This document shows, in pieces, positions 54,125 to 64,000 of a stretch of DNA of 64,000 bases (within the stretch, counting starts at the first letter, position 1; every line of letters begins with the position of its first letter). The notes beneath the pieces are model-generated. The model was not told where the DNA came from, searched no databases, and worked only from the letters and a program-made list of their open reading frames with translations. The DNA is from an uncultured Acidobacteriota bacterium (GTDB lineage: Bacteria > Acidobacteriota > Vicinamibacteria > Fen-336): the NCBI GenBank assembly GCA_963831755.1, contig CAWHRC010000010.1, positions 4,785-68,784 on the forward strand, written 5' to 3'. The translations under genes and the position numbers were made by a program.

Positions 54125-55694
54125 GTGGCTGACCAGGCCGAAGCAGCCCGTCGTCAACCCGTGGATCGTCGCGATCGCGGTGATGTTCGCGACCTTCATG
54201 GAGGTGCTCGACACCACCGTCGTCAACGTGTCGCTGCCGCACGTGGCGGGCTCGCTCTCGGCCTCGATCGACGAGTCGACCTGGGCGCTCACGTCGTACC
54301 TGGTCGCGAACGCGATCGTGCTGCCGCTGGCGGGCTGGCTGGCGCGCCAGTTCGGCCGCAAGCGGCTGCTGATGCTGTCGGTCACCGGCTTCACGCTCTC
54401 GTCGTTCTTGTGCGGGCTCGCGCCCAGCCTGCCGCTGCTGATCTTGTTCCGCATGATCCAGGGCACGACCGGCGGCGCGCTGCAGCCGCTCTCGCAGGCG
54501 GTCATGCTGGAGGCCTTCCCGCCGGAGCGGCGCGGCAAGGCGATGGCCTTCTGGGGCCTCGGCATCGTCACCGCCCCGATCCTCGGGCCGGTGCTCGGCG
54601 GCTGGCTCACCGACAGCTACAGCTGGCGCTGGGTCTTCTACATCAACATCCCGGTGGGCATCACCTCGCTCATGATTGATGCGGCGCTTCGTCTTCGACC
54701 CGCCCTACCTCGGCGCCGCAGCGCTCGACGCGCGTCGACTGGACCGGCATCGGCCTGCTGGCGCTCGGGCATCGGGGCGCTGCAGGTGTTCCTCGACAAG
54801 GGCCAGGAGGAGGACTGGTTCGAGTCGCACTTCATGACGGCGCTCGCGATCGTCTCGGCCGTGGGCCTGGTCGTCTTCCTGCTGCACGAGTGGCACGCCG
54901 AGCACCCCGTGGTCGACCTGCGCGTCTTCCGCTCCCGCACCTACGCCGCCGGCGTGCTGCTGATGACCGTGGTCGGCTTCGTGCTCTACGGCAGCCTGGT
55001 GCTGCTGCCGATCCTGCTGCAGACGCTGCTCGGCTACCCCTCGCTGCAGGCGGGCATCGCGCTCGCCCCGCGCGGCGTGGGCTCGTTCCTGGCGATGCCG
55101 GTGGTCGGCCTGCTGATCGGCAAGGTCGACGCGCGTCGGCTGCTGGGCCTGGGTCTCGTGGCCGGCGCGCTGACCCTGTGGTGGCTGGGCGTCCTCAACC
55201 TCAACGCAGGCTACTGGGACTTCTTCTGGCCGCAGCTGATCCAGGGCGTGGCGCTGGCGCTGCTGTTCGTGCCGCTGACCACCATCACGATGGACCCGAT
55301 CCCGCGCGAGCAGATGGGCAACGCCACCAGCATCTTCAACCTGATGCGCAACATCGGCGGCAGCCTCGGGATCGCGGCCTCCACCACCATGCTGGCGCGC
55401 CACCAGCAGGTCTACGTCAACAACCTCGGCTCGCACATCGACCCCTACAACCCGCAGGTGCGCGCGCTGCTCGAGCAGATGCGCGCCGCCTTCATGGCGC
55501 GCGGCTCGGACCTCGTCACCGCGACCCAGCAGGCCGAAGCGGCCGTCTGGGGTCTCGTGCGGCGGCACTCGGCGATGGCGTCCTTCACCGACGTGTTCCG
55601 CGACCTGGCCGTGCTGTTCGTGGCCCTGGTGCCGCTGCTGTTCCTGATGAGGAGCCCGCGCGCGGGCCGCGGCGGAGCGGCCGGCGTGCACTGA
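54125..55694 (+). CDS. EmrB/QacA (DHA2) MFS efflux transporter (frameshifts near both 54150 and 54680-54770)
   Basis: MEVLDTTVVNVSLP, TSYLVANAI, RQFGRKR, GPVLGGWLTD..SWRWVFYINIPVG, FNLMRNIGGS.G. Confidence 0.9.
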
Positions 55695-56126
55695 GGCCAT
55701 GGCATCTGCGTCCGCACTGAGTGGCGATCGGCGCCACACAATTGGTTCCATCATTCGTCTCGGTAGGACATCCGCACCAAACGGGGCCACCGTACCGGTG
55801 TCGGACCTGCGGCTGGCGCCGTGGAGGAGCGGCTCCCCTCGGCGCAGGGCGCTTGCAGGACGAGAGCAAGTCTGCCGCCGGCATTGAATTAGCAGCTCAT
55901 ATACGCTGTCTCAGACTCGCTCGCAGAAGGGACCAGGGAGCCGAACCCGGGTAGTCGACTGAAGGTCTGGGCACTCCGCCCGGATGCAGTCGCACTCGCC
56001 TGGCCATCAGATCGCTGTCTGCGCGCGCGGAAGTGTGATCTGGCGCGTCCCCGCGCTGACCACAATGCGGCCTCTGCTCCATTTTCCGCTTAAGCGAGGT
56101 TTGTGCGTATTGAGCCACACGTCTCA

Positions 56127-56156
56127 TTGACCCGATTACATCCCTTACCGTAGTTT
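56127..56156 (+). promoter_or_regulatory. Sigma70-type promoter for the giant surface protein
   Basis: TTGACC-N18-TAGTTT, 79 bp upstream of ATG 56236; GGGAGG SD-like sequence before the start. Confidence 0.5.
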
Positions 56157-56235
56157 CGCGCGCACATCTTGGACACACATCGTTAGGCCGACGGGGGCTG
56201 GAAACGGCTGGCTCCCGGGCGGTGCGGGAGGGGGC

Positions 56236-59200
56236 ATGGGCCGTCGTGCACTGATCGCCGCGCTCGTCTCGGCAATTGCCGCCGTCGGCGCTGCCCCCGC
56301 GAGAGCCCAAGCGCCGCTACGGAAGATCGGCGAGCTCGACCTGAGGGTCGTCGGCGTTTCCGCGGCTTGCGAGCCGTCCAACCCTGTCGTCCCCAGGAAC
56401 ACCTCCTCGGCCGTGCGCATCGTGGTGCGGTCTGGCGCCTCCGAGCTTTCGCTCGGAGACGTCGCGCGATTCGTCGGCGCCGGCTTCGAGGTCGAGGGAG
56501 AGCTCTCCGGCCCAGGGCTGGCGACGACCGTGACCTTGCCGCAGCGGCAGCCGGGCGATGCCCTGCCGGCCGACCCCCTGCTGTTGCCGATTCCTGCGCT
56601 GCCGAATGCCGGCGACTACTTCCTGTCGAACTTGCGGCTGGTGTCGGCCGGCCGGCCGGTGCTCGACGTGAGCCCCGCGCAGGTCGTGCTGAAGGTGATC
56701 GACCAGATCCTCGTGACCTCCGTGAAGACGCGGCCACTGACGCTGGACGAGCTGCGCGACCGAGGCGTCGACCTCAGCAACCCCGACAACTACCTCGGTT
56801 TCGCGTTCACGCTCGGCTTGAAGCTCGAGTCCGGCATCGTGAACCTGACGATGCCGGTGGTATTCGACCGGCAGGGCAAGGTGGTCCCGGAGGCGATCCA
56901 GCCGCCACCTCCCCCTCCTCGCACCTCGAGCGCCACCGTGCCGGTGATGCCAACCATCGTGCCGATGCTGCTCGAGGCCGAGGCGGACGAGCCCGGCGGA
57001 CCACCACCGTCGCTTCAGCTGCCCCAGAGCGACGGCGCCGTGCGGATACCGAGCGTGCTCGTGATCCCGGGGAACGTGGGGTACCTGAAGCAGTTCTTCT
57101 CGGCGCAGCTCTTCGTGGCCAACGGCGCGCCCGCGGGCTCCGGGCTGGTGGTGCGCGACGTGACGGGGCACATCCTGCTCCCGCTCGGCAAGGACGGCAT
57201 CCGCGGGATCGATCCGACGAGCGGGCAGAACGACGACCCGCTCTCACTGCCCAACCTGGTGAGGGACGGCCAGAGCGTCGGCCAGTCGGAGGAGCTGGCC
57301 GTGCTCGGCCTCGGGCCGGACGGCACCGCGGGCACTGCCGACGACAACGGCGTCTTCGGCCCGGGCGAGCAGGGCCTGGCCGAGTTCACCGTGCGCGGCG
57401 ACAGCGAAGGCTTCCACACCATCGACTTCGACATCCGCGCCCGACTCGAGGGCCTGCCGATCGGCCCGGTCAAGCTCAAGGGCCACGCCAGTGGCGGCGT
57501 GCTGGTGCGCAACCCCTACTTCAGCGTGACCTTCACGGCCCCTTCCGTCGTCCGCACCGACGAGCGCTTCAAGCTCTACGTGACGGTGACGAACGTCGGA
57601 CAAGGCACGGCCAACCTGCTCACGCTCAGCCTCGACGCCGCCGCGCTCAGCGGTCTCGAGTTCGCCCCCGGCGAGAGCGGGACGCGCTCGATCGACTCGC
57701 TCGCGCCGGGCGCCGCCGCCAGCTTCGCGCTCGAGTTCACCAGCCGCCGAACCGGGCAGGTGGTGGCGAGCTACCTGCGCTTCGACGCGCAGGGTGGCGC
57801 GGGCGTCCAGGGCGACCTGCGCTTCACCGTGGGCGTCGGCGAGCGCGGTGTGCCGCTCTCGCCCGACACGCTCGTCCTGCCGACGTCGGTCGACAGCCTG
57901 CCCGGTGGCGTCGTGCAGGCGGCGATGCGCGTGCTCGGCCAGGCCTGGAGCGTCGCCAACGCCCCGAACGGCACGCTCCCCCAGGGCGTCACCCGCACGA
58001 CGCGCACGGTCGTGACGCAGAAGGCCCTCGCGCTTGCGGAGGCAGGCCTCCGCGTCCGGCTCGGCGAGGCGCCGGCCGAGGCCGTTCGCGACCTGCTGTA
58101 CGACTTCTGGTCCGGGGACCCGGCCCCCGACCCGGGGTTCGATGAGCTGCTGCGGACCACCGAGGCGGGCCAGGAGCTGGCCCGGGCCATCGGAGCGAGC
58201 CTGGGTCAGCCCGCCGCGGCTGCCGGCGGCGCGGTCGACTACGAGCGCGAGGTGGCCGGGATCCTGAGTTCCGGCCGCGAGTTCCTGACCTTCGCGGTGG
58301 CCGGAGGCGACGTGGACGTGACCCTGCGCAGCGCCGAGGGCCAGACGGGGATTGCGGGCGGCCGTGTCGTCACGGCTGGCCTGCCCGGCGCGGTGATCGT
58401 GCCACTCGGAGCCGTCGAGCCTTCGGGCTGGCTGGGAATGCTGACCGCGCCCGTCACGTCGAGCTACGAGCTCGATCTACGGCCGCGACAGGTGGCGGCC
58501 CTCGACATCGCCGTCACCATGCCCCGAGGAGACGGCAGCGTCCTGCGCGGCACGCTGCGCGGCGTCGGCCTGTCCGCAGGCGAGCAGGCGCGCGTCGTGC
58601 TCGACCTCGTGCACGCGGACCGCCTCGTGCTGGAGCGGGACGTCGACGCGGACGGCACGATCGACGATTCGCGGCCATTCGAGCTCGATGGCGGCGCCGC
58701 CCTCGGCCCGGGGCCGACGCTTCGCGCCGCCCGTGTCGTCGGTCCGGAGACGATCTCGAGCGCGAGCCCCTTCGGCACTTCGCTCGCGTTGCTCTTCGAC
58801 CGGGTCGTGGACGGCACCACCGCGGCCGCCGTCTCGCACTACGTCGTGCCGGCGAACACGGTGCAGTCGGCGCGGCGGCAGCTCTCGGGTCGGATCGTGT
58901 TCGCGACCCTGGCCCAGCCCGAAGGCAACTACCTGCCGACACGGGTTTCGGTAGACGGGCTCGCCGACCTGCGCGGCAGGCTCGGCCCGCCCGCGAGTGA
59001 CGAGCCGGTCGTCTCGCTGGTCGAGGATCCTGGCGCCGTGGTCACGGGCCGCGTGCTCAACGGGGACGGCAGCCCCCTCGGGGCCAGCGTGGCGGTCACG
59101 TACTCGAACGACCCCTCGGTCGCCTGCGGCTACGGCAGCAGTGCCACGCCCGTATCCCAGGTGCCTGTCGATGAGCAGGGCGGCTTCGAGTTCCGATACG

Positions 59201-62200
59201 TGCGGCGCAGCCCCTGCGGTGCGCCGTTCGAGCTCCTCACACAGGACCCGGTGACGGGCGCCCTGCGCAAGGTGACGCGCTACGTGCGCGCCGACGGCGA
59301 GCGGATCCTGCTCGACATCGCGCTCTTGGCGCGCGGCTCGGTCACGGGCACCGTCCGCCGCTTCCTTGGTGGAGGCTCCGCCGAAACCGTCCCGGCGCCC
59401 GGCGTGACGGTGACGGCCCTCAGCGTCAGCGACCCGCAGAGCGGCGGGTCCGGCGTCACCGACGGAGACGGCCGCTACCGCGTCGACGGCGTCACGGTCG
59501 GCCCGATCGTGGTGCGTGCCGGTGGCAGCACCGGGATCGGGAGCGGGTCCGGTCGCATCGATCGTCCCGGCACACCTGCCGTGGTCGACATCCTGCTCGA
59601 CGAGAACGCCGCGTCGATTCACGGCACGGTCTTCAAGGTCGATCCCAACATCCCCGATCCGGCGCAGCGGACCAGCCGCGTGCCCGGCCTCCAGGTCCAG
59701 TACCAGCTCGCTGGACAGCTGCTGGCCGTGGCGCAGACCGACGAGGGCGGGAGCTACCGGTTCGACGGCGTCCCCGTCGGCGACTTCGTCGTGTCGGCGG
59801 CGCTCAACCAGCGCGACCGGGGCGCCACGGCGGGCCGTGCGAGCGTGGGCCAGGACGTCCCGGCCGACATCCTCATCGAGGTTCCCCTGGAGGAGACGCT
59901 GGGCACCGTGCGCGGCACGGTCCTCGACGCGAGTGGATCGCCGGCCGCGGACGTGTACGTGACGATCGGCGACCTGACGGTGCTGACCTCCGACGGGGCG
60001 ACATCGCCGGTCGGCACCTACGAGATCCGTGGTGTGCCGGCGACCGGCAGCAGAACGGTCACGGCCCGCACGAGGGATGGCAAACGCTCGGCGCTCCGCT
60101 CCTTCACGTTCCCGGTCGAAGCGTCGCCGTCGGTGGTGGTCGACCTTTGGCTCTCGGGCCTGGCAGAGGCGCGCCTGCTCGTGCTCGATCCCGCGGGCCA
60201 CCAGCTCCACGGCCAGCAGGTCCTGCTCCAGGGTGTCTGCCTGAACCCCTGTGGCTGCCGGGGCGCGAGCGCCGGCGCGAGCGACGACCAGCCTGCGCTC
60301 TTCACGGACCTGCCGATCGGTACGCACGCCTTTCGTGCCTTCCGGCAGGCGGCCGGCTACACGGACGTCGCCGGCACGACCGTCACGATCACCGCTGACC
60401 GCGAACCGGTGCTCGGCATCATCCAGTTCCGCGGAGCAGGCAGCGTGACCGGCGTCGTGCTCGACCCGCCCGCGGTCGCCGGCGGCCCGGGCACGCCGGC
60501 CAACGGCGCCGACGTGGTCCTGAGCTCGCGCGTCTTCCTCAACGACGGGCAGCAGACGTGCGACCTCGTGCCGGGCGCCTCGCACCGCATGCGCACGGGC
60601 CCGGACGGGTCGTTCGCCTTCAGCGGGGTGACGCTGGGCTCCTTCGCCGTCACGGCCCACAGCAGCTTCCTCTCACTCGACGCGGGCGCGCGCGGCAACC
60701 TGACGCGCGACGGCGAAGTGGCCGGCCCGCTGTCCCTGCAGTTCGTCGACACGCTCGCCGGTGTCCTGTCGGGCCACGTCTACCTTCCCGACGGCGTCAC
60801 CCCGGCCGGCGCCGGCATCGAGGTCACCGTGGTCGGCGCGCTGCCCGACGTCACCGTGAAGACGGGCGCCGACAGCGCCTTCCGCTTCGCTCCCATCCTG
60901 GCCGAGGGCACCTGGACGCTGACCGCGGTCGACCACGAGACGGGTTTCACCGTACGGACCCAGATCGCCCTGCGACGAGGCGAGGACGCGAGCCACGACG
61001 TCCGGCTGAAGAGCCGCGGCACCGTGCGCGTGCACGTCGTCGACGGCGCCTTGCAGGCCATCGACCAGGCACGGGTCGCCCTGGACGAGACCGAGTATCC
61101 CTCTCGCCACTTCGAGGGCCTGCTCTCGCCTGCCAGCGGTGGAATCGTCACGTTCCAGGGAGTGTCCGAGGGCCCCTTCAGCGTCACGGCGTCCGATGCG
61201 CAGGGGCGGGGCGGGCGCACAGCGGGCACTCTCGCGCGGCCGGACGACACCGTCGAGCTGACGCTGCAGGTCACCACGACGGGCACCGTCAGCGGCCACT
61301 TCCGCCTGCCGGGAACGGGAGCGGCGGTTCCGCTGGGGACCGTGACGCTGATCGCCAACGGGCGCACCGTGGGCCAGGTGACGACAGACAGCTCCGGGGA
61401 CCCGGGGCATTTCTCGTTCAGCTACGTGCCTGCGGGCCAGATCCGCGTCGAAGCCGCGGACCCGCTGACGGGACGCACGGGCTTCAACGTCGGCACCCTG
61501 CAGGACGAGAACCAGGAGCTGGTGCTGGACGTCACGGCACAGGCGCTCGGCATCGTCACCGGCGTCGTGAGACTGAATGGCTCGCCCGAGCCCCGCGCCC
61601 GCATCGACCTCGTGTCGGGCTCGTTCCGTGTCTCGAGCTTCGCGGGGGCCGACGGAACCTACCGCGTCGAGGGTGTTCCCGAGGGCCGCGTGGTCGTGAC
61701 CGCGGCACGTTCGGGGGGCGGCCTCAGCGGCACGAGCGCGGCGACGCTCGTGTCTGAGGGCGAGCTTCTCGCGATCGACGTCGCGTTGCGTGACACCGGC
61801 CGGGTGGAGGGCACCGTCCGCGCCGCAGGGGGGGGCGTGGCGCCTCTCAGCCTCGTGACCGTCGAGGTCGGCGGAGTCGGCGGCGGGACGCTCTCGGTCA
61901 CCACACTTCCCGAAGACGGCACCTACGTGTTCGAGCAGGTGCCCGCGGGGCTCGCGACGTTCTCCGTCGAGGTGCCCGGCAGCATCGACCGGGCGCGATC
62001 GACTGCGGAGGTGCCTGCCCGGGACACGGTTCGTGTCGACCTCGAGCTGAACGGCATTGGAGCCATCAGCGGCACGGTGAGCGGCGTCCCGACCGGCTAC
62101 TCGTCCGAGGTCCGGGCCGTGGGCACCGGGTCATTCCCCTACCAGGTCGTGGTCAAGCCCAGCCCGAGCGGGACCTTCCTCATCCCCGAAGTGCTCGCCG

Positions 62201-64000
62201 GTCCGGTGACGGTCTCCCTGCGCGCATCGGGCGCGCTCGGCTTGTCGGGGGCTCGGCCAGCGGGACGGTCGTTCCGCGCCAGACGGCCACCTTCGACCTG
62301 GCGATCCAGCCGACCGGGTCCGTGCGCGGCACCGTGCTCCGCTCCGACGGCCGGGCCGGCTTTGGCGCCGACGTGCGCGTCAGCATGGGTGCCGGGCTGC
62401 TCCTCACGCAGGCGGGAGTGGACGGGCAGTTCGCCCTCGACACGGTACCCACCGGCGCCGTCACGGTGACGGTCGCCGACAAGCTGACCGGAGGAGTCGG
62501 TCGCGCTGGCGGCAGCGTGCCGGAGGGTGGCGAGCTGGTGCTCGATCCGATCCGGCTCGACGACACGCCGATCGCGGTCGTGGCCGTCGACCCGGCGGAC
62601 GGCGCAACGGGTGTGACGCTCGACCAGGCGATCCGCGTCCTGTTCTCCGACCCCGTCGCCGATGCCAGCCAGGGCACCCTCTTCGTGAGCGACGGCGCCA
62701 GGGTGGTGAGCCGATCGCCGCAGCTGTCGGCCGACGGGCTGACCCTGACGCTCCTTCCGCAGAGCACATGGCCGGACGCGCGCGAGCTGATCGTCACGGC
62801 CACCACCGGCATCAGCGACGTGTTCGGCCGCCACCCTCTGACGACCTTCACGAGCCGCTTCCGGACGGTGGACGTCTCGCCGCCGGCCGTCACGAGCCGG
62901 GAGCCCGCCGACGGTGCGATCCAGGTGCCTCCGACCGCCGTGCTCGGCGTCGGCTTCGACGAGCCTCTCGCCGCGGCCGGCGACGCGTCCGGCCTCGTGA
63001 GCCTGACGCGCTCGGGTCCTTCGCCCGTGCCCGGAACCATCAGCCTGTCGGCGGACCGCCGACGAGCGGTCTTCACACCGGCCGAGCCGCTCCTCGTCAA
63101 CGAGCGCTACACCATGTCGGTGGCGGGCGCCGTCGACGAGAGCGGCAACCGCCAGCAACAGGCGATCTCCTGGACCTTCGTCACGACCGACACGATTCCG
63201 CCGACGGTCGCGGCCTCGGCTCCCGCGACCGGGTCGTGGACGAGCGCCGCGCGGCCGTTCATCCAGCTGCTGCTGGCCGACGCCCAGCCCGGCAGCGGCG
63301 TCGACACGGCGCCCGCCACGGCCGGCCTGCAGCTGGACGGCACGCCGATCCCGTTCGCGCTCTCGACGACCGCGCTGACGGCCACGCCTGTCGCAGACCT
63401 CGGCGACGGTCAGCACGTGATCACGGCGAACGTCCACGACCGGGCCGGGAACGAGGCAGCGCTCTCCCCGGTCACGTTCGGTGTCGATCGCACGCCTCCG
63501 ACCCCGGCCTTCGTCACCAGCCCTGTCGATCGCCAGACGCTTCGCGGCGCCGTGACCGTCGCGGGCGTCGCCACGGACGCGACCTCCGGCGTCGCCTCGA
63601 TCCGCATCTTCCTCGACGGCGGCACGTCTCCGGCGCTGACCCTGAGCGCGCCGGACTTCGTCGGCAGCTGGAGCACCTCCGGCCTGTCGGAGGGCTGGCA
63701 CGGGCTGAAGGCGGTGGCCGTGGACGCGGCGGGCAACGTCGGCGCGGCGGGCGCCGGGGTCGACGTGCTCGTCGACAACCAGCCACTCACCGTCGCGATC
63801 CTCGCGCCTCTGGCAGGAGCGCGCTTCCGCGACCAGCTCACGGCTCGCGTCCGCACCTCGGAGCCCGTGGCGAGGCTGGAGTTCACGGCCGGGATGCAGT
63901 CCGCGGCCGGCGTGCTCGTGGCTGACCGCACGTACGAGGCGAGCTTCGAGCTGGCGGCGCTGCCCGAAGGCGATCTCAGCGTGACGGCGAGTGCGTTCGG
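56236..64000 (+). CDS. Giant secreted multi-domain beta-sandwich protein (carboxypeptidase-regulatory-like repeats plus Ig-like domains); 3' truncated; one frameshift at the G-run 62247-62251
   Basis: Signal peptide ARA-Q; about 13 repeats of G.V.G.V...T..DG.Y.F..VP.G by manual count; after the frameshift the shifted frame stays open to the window end with SbsA/Big_5-like (VVAVDPADGATGV, TSREPADGA..V) and Ig-like (DTIPPTV, DRTPP...ATD..SGVA, AVDAAGN) domains. Confidence 0.85.

Noticed and set aside
56161-56235. c-di-GMP-I riboswitch upstream of the giant gene
   Set aside because: A GAAA-capped hairpin and an antisense GGCCTAA are present, but the GCAAAC/GCAAAG core and correct orientation are missing.

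Overview
Very GC-rich (roughly 70-75% by eye) bacterial chromosomal segment with about 55 genes and no rRNA, tRNA, IS, phage or CRISPR that I can support. Gene content (lpxB, GWxTD protein, PEGA protein, acidobacterial-type VWA protein, DUF4388 proteins) suggests a diderm organism, probably Acidobacteriota (inference). Housekeeping blocks: meaB-mce, mtnP-pfkB, ruvX-mltG, xseA-xseB-ispA-tlyA-nadK, PP2C-hsp20-lon, ymdB, lat, trxC-like, and a TolC/EmrA/EmrB-type efflux operon. Many conserved genes carry single-base frameshifts that occur in patches, most likely long-read or assembly errors, so those genes are listed as CDS. Strongest candidates for new biology: (1) three tandem paralogous lipoproteins sharing an 8-cysteine domain I cannot assign to a family (3813-5831); (2) a giant secreted beta-sandwich repeat protein of at least about 2,580 aa that runs off the window end (56236-64000); (3) a CtpA/S41 homologue with both catalytic residues replaced, next to the pseudo-peptidase EnvC; (4) a palindromic ~80-bp tandem array whose terminal hairpin recurs at 8310, suggesting a REP-like family; (5) a DUF4388-MshEN-like-J-domain protein; (6) a P-loop pseudo-kinase embedded in the efflux operon. 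Sigma54-type promoters and repeated leaderless promoter architecture are also visible.
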